Counted from the first letter of the stretch, positions 1-11,268 are shown. The stretch is DNA of 36,276 nucleotides from Phycisphaerae bacterium (GCA_029259995.1 JAJDEC010000342.1:1-36276), one strand, 5' to 3'. Made by a program: numbers and translations. Notes: generated from the sequence alone by a model not told the origin.

Positions 1-1
1 T

Positions 2-151
2 TGCAAGCACCTGGTGCCTGTCGCGATCTACACATATTCAAATGTGGATGAGGCGCCGGAGCATTTGCTGGGCAAGTACGAGTATCGCAACGTCCATTTC
101 AATGTTGGACTCACTGAAGCCGATTTTGAGCCCGCCACATACGGTATGTAA
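2..151 (+). CDS. 3' end of an upstream CDS entering from the left edge (product unknown)
   Basis: Frame 2 is open from base 2 and reads CKHLVPVAIYTYSNVDEAPEHLLGKYEYRNVHFNVGLTEADFEPATYGM, with TAA at 149-151. Composition is protein-like and non-repetitive. It is too short to assign a family. Confidence 0.35.
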   Translation, partial: CKHLVPVAIYTYSNVDEAPEHLLGKYEYRNVHFNVGLTEADFEPATYGM

Positions 152-318
152 TTCACTTCCTGCGGCGGCGAAGGCGGAATCCGAAGCACACAATTCACCT
201 GAAGGCCGTGTTGCGGATGTAACCGCATTGTCGTGCGCTCGTGTAGTGCCTCGCTCAAACGTGCGTTTTCGAATGCGGGAAGTGCGGACGTCTCGCCGGC
301 GCGATTGGCCTCCGACAG

Positions 319-335
319 GCGGGCGGGACGCCCGC
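319..335. terminator. GC-rich hairpin between convergent CDSs (possible terminator)
   Basis: GCGGGCG-GGA-CGCCCGC forms a perfect 7-bp stem with a 3-nt loop. It lies 44 nt beyond the TAG (379-381) of the minus-strand CDS. There is no U-tract on either strand, so function is unproven. Confidence 0.2.
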
Positions 336-378
336 ACTCCCCGGAAATCTGACAGTCTCGAATTCGTACGGCACGATA

Positions 379-1476
379 CTAGCGGCCCGTGACGATTCCG
401 GTCGGGATACTCTCGAACGGATTCGATGTCAGCAGCCACGGCAGGACCCAGGCCAGCATACTGCAGACGAGCGTTGCCACGGCGATGACGCCGAGGATGC
501 TTCGCGTGCGGTCCGAGAGTCCGGTGAACGGCCGATTGAGAATTTCCAGCGCGTCAGCGACCCAACGAATCATAGTGCCCGGTGCGCGCTTGGCCGCGCT
601 GACGGCGCGTTTCACGATGGCGAGTACGTTTCCAAGGCCGGCGACGGATCGCCCGAGGCTTGACGGTTTGGGATTCTCGTCAATTGCTTCGGCAGCATCG
701 GCCTGTGACGTCGGTGCGGTCGCTTCGACGTCGGTTTCGGGCTCGATCGATGGAGGTGTGATTTCTGTTTCCGCAGTCGGCGTCGGTTCCTGGTCTTCGA
801 TCGGTTCCGGTTCCGCCACGGCGGAGTCTTCTTCGTCGTCGGGAATGTACAGAACTTCAGGTGTCGCTTCGTCGGGCGGGGCGACTTCAACCGACGCGGC
901 GGAAATTGGGTCCGCATCCGTTATTGATTCGTGTTCGGGATCATTCAGAAGATCAGGCAAGTCTCGGGCGGCTGCGTCGGGCTGATCGACGGATTCCTCG
1001 ATTGCGGCATCGACTTCGTTGAGAATCGCGTCGATTTCAGTTTCGTCGGATGGCGCCGACTCGAGATTTTTCGTGCGGGCATTATCGAGGGCCGCTTCAA
1101 TCTGCTCGTCCGCAGACTCCGAAGCCGGATCGCCGTCGCTGACGATCTGCTCCGATTCCTCGGCAGGCAGAGTCGCGACTTCAGATTGCGAATCACCCAA
1201 TTCGTCATGGATCGATGGTTTGACTTCGGCGGCAGCATCCTTCGTGGGCGTGGGGGGCGGTTTCGCTTCGACAGGGCCCTGGTCCGCGATGGACTCAAGG
1301 AACGCTTCCGGGGAGCCGCCGGCGTTGCTGGCGATGACTTCCGTCAGGTTTTCCGCATGTCGCAGCAGCGCCTCGATATCGTCATCGAACGCGGCCCCGT
1401 CGTTATCCACTGGAGGATCGACAATGGCCGCCTCATCGGCGGATGGCTCAACGGATTGCAATTCGGATTCGCTCAT
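379..1476 (-). CDS. Highly acidic low-complexity protein with a single C-terminal transmembrane anchor (unknown function)
   Basis: The ORF track gives 379..1758, but the 5' part overlaps rsmE. The ATG at 1474-1476 (MSESELQSVEPSADE...) leaves a 135-nt divergent intergenic region. About 300 aa are D/E/P/A/T-rich, followed by GLGNVLAIVKRAV... and a hydrophobic segment ILGVIAVATLVCSMLAWVLPWLL near the C-terminus. An alternative start lies at 1602. Confidence 0.55.
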   Translation of the reverse strand: MSESELQSVEPSADEAAIVDPPVDNDGAAFDDDIEALLRHAENLTEVIASNAGGSPEAFLESIADQGPVEAKPPPTPTKDAAAEVKPSIHDELGDSQSEVATLPAEESEQIVSDGDPASESADEQIEAALDNARTKNLESAPSDETEIDAILNEVDAAIEESVDQPDAAARDLPDLLNDPEHESITDADPISAASVEVAPPDEATPEVLYIPDDEEDSAVAEPEPIEDQEPTPTAETEITPPSIEPETDVEATAPTSQADAAEAIDENPKPSSLGRSVAGLGNVLAIVKRAVSAAKRAPGTMIRWVADALEILNRPFTGLSDRTRSILGVIAVATLVCSMLAWVLPWLLTSNPFESIPTGIVTGR

Positions 1477-1611
1477 GCTTCGTTTTCGCCCCAGGGCCGT
1501 GGGCCAACCCAACTTCGGGGCTTTCTGCCTGTCTATCGGCTTCAGACTGCGACGCGCTGAAGTTGCGCGTCGCTTGTCCGCGGCAATCCAACGTGGGAAC
1601 ATGCACGGACG

Positions 1612-2385
1612 ATGAGAGAACGACGATTCCTTGTTGAGAACCTGGATTCCTCGCGGATCGAACTTTCCGGCCGTCAGCGACATCACGCCGCGGATGTGCT
1701 TCGGTTGGCAGTCGGCGCCGACGCGACACTGTTCGACGGGCGTGGTCGCGAGGCGCATGCCAGAGTCGTCGACGTGTCTGCGGACCGGATCTCGTTTGAA
1801 TTGCTGGAATTACCGCGCGATGTCGCGACATCGGATCTCTCGCTGGTGCTTGCAGTGGCCACGCCGAAGGGATCACGGGCGGACTGGCTGGTGGAAAAGT
1901 GCGCGGAGTTCGGTGTGCCCCGACTGATATTCATCGAATCGGAGCGGGGCGAAGTCCATCCCCGCAGCGGCAAGCTGGAGCGCTGGCGACGAAAAGCCGA
2001 GGAAGCGGCGAAGCAGTCCGGCTCGCCGCTCGTCATGCGGATCGAATCCGACATGACGATTGCGGATGTCTGCAGCGCGGCAGGGGCGGGCAGCCGACTT
2101 TTATTCGGAGCGACAGATCGATCGGGGACTGCGCTTTCCACGTGCATTGCTTCATTGAATGACGGGGGGGCGGACGTTGACGAAGTGGTCTGTGTCATCG
2201 GTCCCGAGGGCGGGTTAACGGGTGATGAAACAGCGGAGCTGGCGAAATGCGGCGCGATCGCCATTTCGCTGGGACGATCTATCTTGCGCGTTGAGACGGC
2301 GGCGATTGCGGTTGCCGCGATTTGGGCAGGAATCGTGGTTGCGTCGGCGTCGCCGCAAGATCATGAATCGTCGGATCGCCCCTGA
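1612..2385 (+). CDS. rsmE: 16S rRNA (uracil1498-N3)-methyltransferase RsmE
   Basis: The N-terminus MRERRFLVENL...GRQRHHAADVLRL...LFDGRG has the PUA-like pattern. The C-terminal SPOUT motifs VIGPEGGLTGDE and LGRSILRVETAAIAVAA are typical of the RsmE family. Confidence 0.9.
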   Translation: MRERRFLVENLDSSRIELSGRQRHHAADVLRLAVGADATLFDGRGREAHARVVDVSADRISFELLELPRDVATSDLSLVLAVATPKGSRADWLVEKCAEFGVPRLIFIESERGEVHPRSGKLERWRRKAEEAAKQSGSPLVMRIESDMTIADVCSAAGAGSRLLFGATDRSGTALSTCIASLNDGGADVDEVVCVIGPEGGLTGDETAELAKCGAIAISLGRSILRVETAAIAVAAIWAGIVVASASPQDHESSDRP

Positions 2386-2400
2386 GTTGAGATGCAGAAT

Positions 2401-2468
2401 CCATCGTTGAGTGTGGCGCAGACGTCTCGCCCGGGGCGAACCGGCTATTCGCCGGTTCCACACGATGG
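2401..2468. terminator. Compound stem-loop in the 101-nt gap between convergent rsmE and lysA (possible bidirectional terminator)
   Basis: The inner hairpin is GAACCGGC-TATTC-GCCGGTTC (2438-2458; 8-bp stem). It is flanked by complementary CCATC...GTGTG (2401-2415) and CACAC-GATGG (2459-2468). There is no U-tract. Confidence 0.3.
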
Positions 2469-2486
2469 ATCATTCCCAATGCGTAC

Positions 2487-3767
2487 TCAGCAGCGCTCGG
2501 CGGCCATCAGGTCGTCGTAAGTCTCGCGTTTGCGAATGACTTGGAATGTGTCGCCATCGACGAGGATTTCCGGCGGGTTCGGTCGCGTGTTGTAGTGACT
2601 TGCCATGACCATGCCGTATGCACCGGCGGAATAGATGGCGAGGAAATCGCCGCGTTCCATGGGCGGGAGCATTCGGTCCCTGGCAAGGAAGTCGCCGCTT
2701 TCGCAGACGGGGCCGACGATGTCCATCAGCTTGAGACCGGGGAGTTCGCCCGCCGTCGCCCGATCCGCCGGAACGAAACCTTCTCGTGGTGATGTGGGCC
2801 ATGCGAAGTGATAGGCTTCATACAGCGCCGGGCGCAACAAGTCGTTCATTCCGCCGTCCACGATGAGAAAGTCGCGTTCGCCTGATTGCTTTAAGTAGAG
2901 GACACGCGTTAACAGAATTCCGGCGTTGGCGGCAATAGATCGGCCGGGTTCCATGATGACTTTGAGTTTCTTGTCCTCTAGCAGCGGTACGATGGCTTCG
3001 GCGTAACTAACGGCCGGCGGGGCTTCCGCATCCCGGTAGTGCGCTCCGAATCCGCCGCCGATGTCGATCGTATCGATGTCGAAGCCGTCGTTGCGCAGGG
3101 CGTCGATCAGTTCGACGCCTTTCGTGATGGCGCTGACATACGGTTCGATGCTGTTGACGGGGGAGCCGATGTGGAGATGGATTCCACAAAGGTGGACGGC
3201 GTCGTCACGGCCGTAGGCATCGAAGAATCGCCGGCCGCGTTCGAGGTCGACGCCGAATTTCGATTCCTTCTTGCCGGTCGACGTGTAGCGATGCGTCTTG
3301 GGATCGACGTCGGGATTGACTCGCAAGGCGGCGCGGGTGCGAGCGCCCTTGCGGCGGGAGATGGCGATCAGGTTTTCCATTTCGGCTTCGGACTCGACGT
3401 TGAACCAGCCGACGCCCGCATCAATCGCGTGTTCGATTTCGGCGTCGGACTTGCCTACGCCGGCGAAGACGATCTGCGACATGTCGGCGCCGATCGCCTC
3501 TGCTCGGGCGAGTTCTCCGCCCGAGACGATGTCGAATCCGGCGCCCGCGTTCTTGAGCATCCGACAGATCGACAGATTGCCGCAGCTCTTGATCGAGTAG
3601 CAGATCAGCGGATCGAGTGCCGCGAAGGCGTCCCGAACGGCACGATAGTGGTGCAGGAACGTCGCCTTCGAATAGACATAGGCCGGCGTTCCGACGCGCT
3701 CGGCAATCTCTGAGACGGGGACATTTTCGCAGTGGAGTTGGTTGTCTTGAAAATGAAAGTGATCCAT
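2487..3767 (-). CDS. lysA: Diaminopimelate decarboxylase
   Basis: 426 aa. It carries TPAYVYS, a PLP-lysine context CYSIKSC, DIVSGGEL, HLHIGS, DIGGGFG and CESGD plus AGAYG motifs, characteristic of fold-III PLP decarboxylases of the LysA type. Confidence 0.92.
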   Translation of the reverse strand: MDHFHFQDNQLHCENVPVSEIAERVGTPAYVYSKATFLHHYRAVRDAFAALDPLICYSIKSCGNLSICRMLKNAGAGFDIVSGGELARAEAIGADMSQIVFAGVGKSDAEIEHAIDAGVGWFNVESEAEMENLIAISRRKGARTRAALRVNPDVDPKTHRYTSTGKKESKFGVDLERGRRFFDAYGRDDAVHLCGIHLHIGSPVNSIEPYVSAITKGVELIDALRNDGFDIDTIDIGGGFGAHYRDAEAPPAVSYAEAIVPLLEDKKLKVIMEPGRSIAANAGILLTRVLYLKQSGERDFLIVDGGMNDLLRPALYEAYHFAWPTSPREGFVPADRATAGELPGLKLMDIVGPVCESGDFLARDRMLPPMERGDFLAIYSAGAYGMVMASHYNTRPNPPEILVDGDTFQVIRKRETYDDLMAAERC

Positions 3768-3883
3768 GGGTTGCAGATCTTCGCAGATATCAGGGCCGAG
3801 ATTCTGGAGCGCATGCCGCGGTCAGGAATGAAGCCGAGCCGATCGTGCGCAGTGCGGATTGTGTACGCGAATCGGTTTCGCCG

Positions 3884-4987
3884 CTACGTCCGGATGCCGT
3901 CGAGGAGTACGACGGCGATCGGCGCGAAGATGACGAACGGAAGCCAGGGGGGGAGTGCCGGATCGATGTTGAGCGCCGTAATCTCGACGGTATTGCAAAG
4001 AAATGTCGCCGCGTAGCAGAGACCGCAGGCGAGGAGGCACTTGCCTCCGAGAACGATGATGGACGGGCGTTCCCGATTCAGGAAGAAGGGAATGCCGATG
4101 CAAAGCAGCGTCATGTTCATAAAAACGGTCGTCAGTCTCGCGTGTTTCATTCGCACGAATTCGCCGACGCCGGCGGCGGAGAAGTAGCTCTGCAGGCGAT
4201 TCAATTCGCGGAGGCTGAGAAATTGCGTCCATTGTGCGGACTGCTGAAGGGCCATTTCCCGTGGCGTGAGAGATGATTTGTATTCAGGGACCGGTCGATG
4301 TCCCAGTCCGGCGGCGTCACTTTCGACGTCTCCCGTCGCGAGCGTCGTGGCGAATCCGTTCTCAAAGTGCCACTCGTGGCGTTCCGAATCCCAACGAGCC
4401 TGGTCAGCCTGGATGACTTCCGTCATCCGATTGTTGTCGTCGCGCTTGAGAATGACGACGCCTCGCATTTCCATGGCGGCCGGATTGAATTTCGCCGCCG
4501 ACAGCATGGCGTTGCCGTTTTGGCGATCGGGCAGGAAATAAACGGAAAAAGTCTTGCTGCCCTCGAGATCGCCGTGCTTGCGGGCGAGTTTCTGGGCGAT
4601 GCCCGGAATGACGAATTCCTGGTCGACGAACCAGAGGCAGTTCATGGCGAGGCCCGCGAGCAGGATCGGCGTGGCCACGCGATAGAGCGATACACCGGCC
4701 GACATGATCGCGGTCAACTCGTTCGACAAATGCAGCCGCCCCAGCGTGAAACAGGCGGCGACGACAGAAATCACGCCGGCCAATTGCGAGAAGTAGAGAA
4801 ACAGGTTGTGACCGTAGTAGTCGGCCATTCGGCCGAGCGTCTGCGCGATGCCCTTGGATCGCATCCCAGTGAATTCGTCGAGATTGACGAACAGGTCGAG
4901 GATGATGTAGAGACCGATGAGAATCGTCATCGCGAAGAAGTAGTTCACGACGAAGGATCGCAGGATGTAACGGTCGAGCGTTTTCAT
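3884..4987 (-). CDS. lptG: LptF/LptG-family (YjgP/YjgQ) LPS export permease, second gene of the pair
   Basis: 367 aa. The N-terminus MKTLDRYILRSFVVNYFFAMTILIGLYIILDLF is typical of the family. The layout is 3 TM, a periplasmic domain, then 3 TM. It sits 34 nt downstream of the paralog. The F versus G assignment is by gene order only. Confidence 0.8.
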   Translation of the reverse strand: MKTLDRYILRSFVVNYFFAMTILIGLYIILDLFVNLDEFTGMRSKGIAQTLGRMADYYGHNLFLYFSQLAGVISVVAACFTLGRLHLSNELTAIMSAGVSLYRVATPILLAGLAMNCLWFVDQEFVIPGIAQKLARKHGDLEGSKTFSVYFLPDRQNGNAMLSAAKFNPAAMEMRGVVILKRDDNNRMTEVIQADQARWDSERHEWHFENGFATTLATGDVESDAAGLGHRPVPEYKSSLTPREMALQQSAQWTQFLSLRELNRLQSYFSAAGVGEFVRMKHARLTTVFMNMTLLCIGIPFFLNRERPSIIVLGGKCLLACGLCYAATFLCNTVEITALNIDPALPPWLPFVIFAPIAVVLLDGIRT

Positions 4988-5021
4988 ACTTCACAATTCA
5001 GCGGCGACTTTCTGCGACGCG

Positions 5022-6671
5022 CTATCTCTTCAGGAACTTGAATCCGAGGACTCCCACGCCAGAGTAAAGCACGGTCGTCGCACCCCAGATCACCAGGACG
5101 GACGTGTAACCATATTGCGGCTGGTCCGCAAAGCTTCGTGCGACGAGAAACGCGATCAGCAGGAACACGCCGGGAATCATGCTGATAAAGACGGCCGTCA
5201 GGACCTGGCCGCCTTTCATGATGATTCCGAGCATGGCGCCCATCACGATCATGGCGATGGCGGCGACGGAAATCGCCATGCGAAGATGAATCTCGCCGCG
5301 GATTTCCGAATGGTATTCCTCGTATTTTCTGACGAGCTTCTGTCGTTTTTCCTCGTGATCCGAAAAGATCGGCACGGCGAAACTCGCCTTGAGCAGTTGC
5401 GCCTCGTCAAACTCCTCGAAGGCGCGGTTCATCTTTTCCTGCGCCTTGAAGGCGATGGCCGGCAGCGTTTCTTTCGGCTTGCGGATGACTTTCGACGCAT
5501 CTCCCTGGATTGAGTACTGGACTTCGTCTTTCAAATCAATCTGGATGATGGGGGAATGCAGTTCGAGACCGTCGTTGAGCTGGATGGTCGCGAGGTTTGA
5601 ATGATAGTTTCGAACGATCGGATTGCCGCTTTCCTTCACGACGGCATCAACGTCATTCAACTGGATGCGCCCGGTTGTCGGATCATTTCTGAATCCGCCG
5701 ACGTAGAGAGAAATCTCGGAGTTCTGATCCTTCAATGTGATGCGTGCATCGCCGCCGCGATCCAGAACGATCTCGTCCTTGAATACCTCGACGAGGAAAT
5801 AGGACTTCATGTAACGCCGCATCTGGTGCATGAGGTCGTCGATTTCGGGGATCAGGACGGGATTGGCCTGGAATTCAAGCAGCGTTGTCAGATTCTCGAA
5901 TTGAATCTTGCGCTTGATGGCCATGGGGATACCGATCGGGCCGATCATCTGATAATCAAACTCGAGATACTGTCTCCGCTGGGCGTCGTAGCTGCGCCCC
6001 TTCTGCAGCTCCAGCGTGATTTCCGGCGAACCGGACGTGCTGTCGAATTTGATCAGGGTTTCGTCGGCCGTACCGATGCGGACCAGGTCGTTCGACGCCA
6101 TTTCCTGAAATGACACGCCGGTCAGACGCAGGAATGAGAATCCGTCCCGATACTTCTCCGGCAGATCCGATGACGGCACTTTTTCGCAGGTTTCGGCCCA
6201 GATGGCGACTTTCTTTTCGTAGATCAGCGGTTTGCCGCGCAGGAATCGGCTCGCAACGATCTTGGGCACGTCGCGCCGCGTGATGTCTTCCACTTTCCAT
6301 GCGAGTGACGGAACGATGTAGTTGAATCCGAAGAATGCGACGACGCCGGCGATGAGTCCCAGGGCGAGCGACGGGAACAGGACGCGATGCAGGTTAATGC
6401 CCGCGGCCTTGCACGCGAGGATTTCGTTTTCGGATGCCGCCCGGCCGAATGTGATCGTGGCCGCGAAGAGGGCAGCGACGGGCGTCATATAGAGCAGCGC
6501 CACAGGCACAAGGAATATGAACACGCTGCCGATTTCGTCGGCACCGAGTCCCTGCGATGTGAATATCGAGGCGATTCCGCCGCCCATGACGATGAGCAGC
6601 GTGAGTGCGACGAGTGTCAAGGTGAATGCCTTGAGCATCTCGCGGGCGAAGTAGGCGTAAAGCGTCTTCAT
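5022..6671 (-). CDS. lptF: LptF/LptG-family permease with enlarged periplasmic domain
   Basis: 549 aa. The N-terminus is MKTLYAYFAREMLKAFTLTLVALTLLIV. Three N-terminal and three C-terminal TM segments bracket a soluble region of about 335 aa (about 5292-6296). The F versus G assignment is by gene order only. Confidence 0.78.
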   Translation of the reverse strand: MKTLYAYFAREMLKAFTLTLVALTLLIVMGGGIASIFTSQGLGADEIGSVFIFLVPVALLYMTPVAALFAATITFGRAASENEILACKAAGINLHRVLFPSLALGLIAGVVAFFGFNYIVPSLAWKVEDITRRDVPKIVASRFLRGKPLIYEKKVAIWAETCEKVPSSDLPEKYRDGFSFLRLTGVSFQEMASNDLVRIGTADETLIKFDSTSGSPEITLELQKGRSYDAQRRQYLEFDYQMIGPIGIPMAIKRKIQFENLTTLLEFQANPVLIPEIDDLMHQMRRYMKSYFLVEVFKDEIVLDRGGDARITLKDQNSEISLYVGGFRNDPTTGRIQLNDVDAVVKESGNPIVRNYHSNLATIQLNDGLELHSPIIQIDLKDEVQYSIQGDASKVIRKPKETLPAIAFKAQEKMNRAFEEFDEAQLLKASFAVPIFSDHEEKRQKLVRKYEEYHSEIRGEIHLRMAISVAAIAMIVMGAMLGIIMKGGQVLTAVFISMIPGVFLLIAFLVARSFADQPQYGYTSVLVIWGATTVLYSGVGVLGFKFLKR

Positions 6672-7159
6672 GTATTCGAATGCCCATCGGCGACGATGGT
6701 GCGGCCCGCCATCGTAAGCGCCTGTTGTATCGGGGCCTTACACCCGGAACCGGACTGCGCCGTGCCTGCTCACGCGGGAGCCGAACGGCCCGAGTCTAGA
6801 TGTCGTGCGCATGGCGTCAACCGAGGCATTCGAATTCGACGGCGGTCGACGACGATGGATCAGGGAGTGAGAGCGCTGCAAGGGGGCGTTTGGGGCGGAT
6901 TCTCCCGACTCTCATCGCTGTGAAAATTGTTTGGTGGAATGGGCGGCTGCCCCTCAAGTGGTCCGGCATGACCCGTGCGGTGTTGTGATTGGGATTTGTG
7001 GAGGGCCGCGGCGGCGAATGGTCCGCGATATCTGCCGGTTTGTGCTTGACCACGGGCGCAACTACCGCTCATATAGAGGGTTCGCAATATTTCGGCGGAA
7101 ATCCGAATGGGTAGGTTCAATCATGGCGTCCGGCCGCACTCCGGGCATGGGGATTATGG

Positions 7160-9109
<1,950 letters not shown>

Positions 9110-9345
9110 GATTCGATCGCGTCTGCCGTCGAATGCCCCGAACGGCACAGGCGGGGCGTCGGGCCGATCGGGATCTGCCGTGACGCGGTGCCGATCCTGA
9201 AGCCCTGTTCGAGGTCCGCGGCGATGTCCGGCGAATTCACCAAACGTCGTGTGGACTGCAATCCTTCAATCTGCCGTTCGTATAAGTGGCGATGAGACGA
9301 TCGGCCGCGGCCGCGATGATGCGGTGGGGTTGATGCGTAAGTCAA

Positions 9346-9374
9346 TTGTTTTCAGTCGTTTACGTGCATAGTGT
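9346..9374 (+). promoter_or_regulatory. Candidate sigma70-like promoter upstream of the secretion cluster
   Basis: TTGTTT (9346-9351), a 17-nt spacer and TAGTGT (9369-9374) sit in the only AT-richer patch of the 283-nt speA-gspF gap. This is pattern matching by eye only. Confidence 0.2.
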
Positions 9375-9392
9375 GTGCCGGGGCGGTCGCGA

Positions 9393-10586
9393 ATGCCGAG
9401 TTTTACCTACGTTGCAAGAGACATCCAGGGACAGACTGTATCGGGCGTTCTGGCCGCGGATTCGCAACAACAGGCGTTGCGGGCGCTGGATGAGCAGGCG
9501 TTGTTTCCGGTCGAAGTCCGCGAAGGCGGCAAGGCGGGGACGGGCGAGCGGAAGAAGAAAGTCCGGGCCACGGGCATCGCCGTCTTTTATTCTCAGTTTT
9601 CTGACTTATTGCGTGCCGGCGTGCCGGCGTTGCGATCGCTGGACGTTCTTTACAAGCAAACGCATAACGCCGTTCTGAAAGAGGTTCTGAAAGAGGTTCG
9701 AGAGGATCTCGCCAGCGGTCAAACGCTGGCGGACGCCATGGACAAGCATCACAACGCGTTCAGTCCGCTGCATGTGTCGATGGTGCGCGCAGGTGAAAAG
9801 GGCGGATTCCTCGAAGAGGTGCTGGCAAGAATTGCAATTTTCACGGAACGACAGAACGAGCTTCGAAACAAGGTTTACGGTTCGATGCTGTATCCGGCTG
9901 TGCTCATGCTCGTCGGCGTCGGAATCCTTGTGTTTCTGTTGACTGTCGTCGTGCCGAAGGTGCGTGGTTTTCTTCAAGGGGATTTGCCCGTTTTGACGCA
10001 GATCGTCTTTGCGGCGTGCGATTTCCTGAAGGAGCATGGCTTCTGGGCATTGGGTGGCCTGCTTGTGGCGGTGGCCGTGTTTATCGGTTTTTTCCGCAGT
10101 CCGGCAGGGAGAAACTATCTGGACCGGATTCAGCTCAAAGCGCCGCTCGTGGGCAACATATTCGTGCTTGTCGCGATTTGCCGTTTCTGCAGAATTCTGG
10201 GTACTTTGCTGAAGAATGGCGTTCCGATCCTGCAATCGCTGAAAATAGCGAGGGACTCTGCGGGCAATCAGGTCCTGGCGGAGATTATTGAGGATGCGAC
10301 GGAGAGCGTCCGGAAGGGCGCATCGTTGTCGAAGCCCCTGGGGCAGAGCAATTTGTTTCCGCTAGACATCGTTGACATGATTGCGATTGGCGAAGAAAGC
10401 AATAATCTCGAAAATGTCCTCGTGACGATTGCGGATTCCTACGAAGCGAGAACTTCGCGGAAAATCGAGCTGGCGATCAGAATGCTCGAACCGCTGCTGT
10501 TGGTTGGAATGGCCGGCGTCGTGGCGATCATTGCCGTGGCGCTGCTGTTGCCGATCCTGACGATGAGTGCAGGCGGCATCAAATAA
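9393..10586 (+). CDS. gspF: Type II secretion / type IV pilus inner-membrane platform protein (GspF/PilC family)
   Basis: MPSFTYVARDIQGQTVSGVLAADSQQQALRALDEQALFPVEV is the classic GspF/PilC N-terminus. The T2SSF domain is duplicated (LRAGVPALRSL... and LKNGVPILQSL...) and there are 3 TM segments. The track ORF starts at GTG 9375; the ATG at 9393 fits family N-termini better. Confidence 0.9.
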   Translation: MPSFTYVARDIQGQTVSGVLAADSQQQALRALDEQALFPVEVREGGKAGTGERKKKVRATGIAVFYSQFSDLLRAGVPALRSLDVLYKQTHNAVLKEVLKEVREDLASGQTLADAMDKHHNAFSPLHVSMVRAGEKGGFLEEVLARIAIFTERQNELRNKVYGSMLYPAVLMLVGVGILVFLLTVVVPKVRGFLQGDLPVLTQIVFAACDFLKEHGFWALGGLLVAVAVFIGFFRSPAGRNYLDRIQLKAPLVGNIFVLVAICRFCRILGTLLKNGVPILQSLKIARDSAGNQVLAEIIEDATESVRKGASLSKPLGQSNLFPLDIVDMIAIGEESNNLENVLVTIADSYEARTSRKIELAIRMLEPLLLVGMAGVVAIIAVALLLPILTMSAGGIK

Positions 10587-10677
10587 TGACATAACAAAGA
10601 ATTGGTATCGAGTCGATTGCTGTTCTCGGCTGAATGGGGCCGCAGAGGCGATCGACGTAGCAATCAGGAGATCAGTC

Positions 10678-11133
10678 ATGGTGACCAAGAAAAAAATGCG
10701 ACGAAACGTCCGAAGCCGGAAGGGCTTTACGCTGCTTGAGATTCTGCTCGTCGTGGGCCTGCTGGCGTTGCTCGCCGCCTTCGCCATTCCGGCATTGGTC
10801 GGTCAAGGTGAACAGGCGAAGAAAGACATCGCACGGGCGGCGATCGGACCGAACGGAAGTCTTTCCCAGGCGATCGACTTGTACAAGTTCAACACGGGGC
10901 AGTTTCCGGAGGAACTCAAGGACCTGATGGAAAAGCCCAGCGATGACGACATCGCCGAGAAGTGGACGGGTCCGTATCTGAAGGACGAACAGGGGCTCAA
11001 GGATCCCTGGGGCAAGGTGTTCGTGTATCAGTACCCGGGCGATCACAACGAAGGCAAGTACGACCTTTACAGCCTCGGCCCCAACGGCATTGACGGCGAT
11101 GAGGACGACATCAATAACTGGAAGGACAACTAG
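10678..11133 (+). CDS. gspG: Major pseudopilin GspG
   Basis: AGGAG lies 7 nt upstream of the ATG. The prepilin leader is MVTKKKMRRNVRSRKG|FTLLEILLVVGLLALLA, with Glu at +5. The core reads IDLYKFNTGQFPEEL...GPYL...DPWG..FVYQYPG. The C-terminal Ca-binding-type loop is YSLGPNGIDGDEDDINNW. Confidence 0.9.
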   Translation: MVTKKKMRRNVRSRKGFTLLEILLVVGLLALLAAFAIPALVGQGEQAKKDIARAAIGPNGSLSQAIDLYKFNTGQFPEELKDLMEKPSDDDIAEKWTGPYLKDEQGLKDPWGKVFVYQYPGDHNEGKYDLYSLGPNGIDGDEDDINNWKDN

Positions 11134-11268
11134 TCCGCGCCAGGCGTCGAGCCTCGTGCTCGCTGCGCGACGCATTGGCGTTTCGTGCCCGGAAAACCCA
11201 TGAACGCATCACATCGGATCATCGAATCTCGCTTGCTTCGTCGTGGCCACGCCCGTGGCGACGTACGG

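Noticed and set aside
28-439. Track ORFs 28..258(-), 38..439(-) and 42..392(+) in the left-edge region.
   Set aside because: They overlap one another, the frame-2 CDS tail (2-151) and the stop region of the acidic protein. Their translations are Arg/Ser-rich without structure, so the region is more likely a convergent intergenic spacer.
1477-1758. Longer version of the acidic-protein ORF, with a start at 1758 or 1602.
   Set aside because: The 1758 start would overlap rsmE on the opposite strand by up to ~150 nt, and both longer versions read through a basic Arg-rich stretch unlike the rest of the protein. ATG 1476 leaves a sensible divergent promoter region. The 1602 start remains possible.
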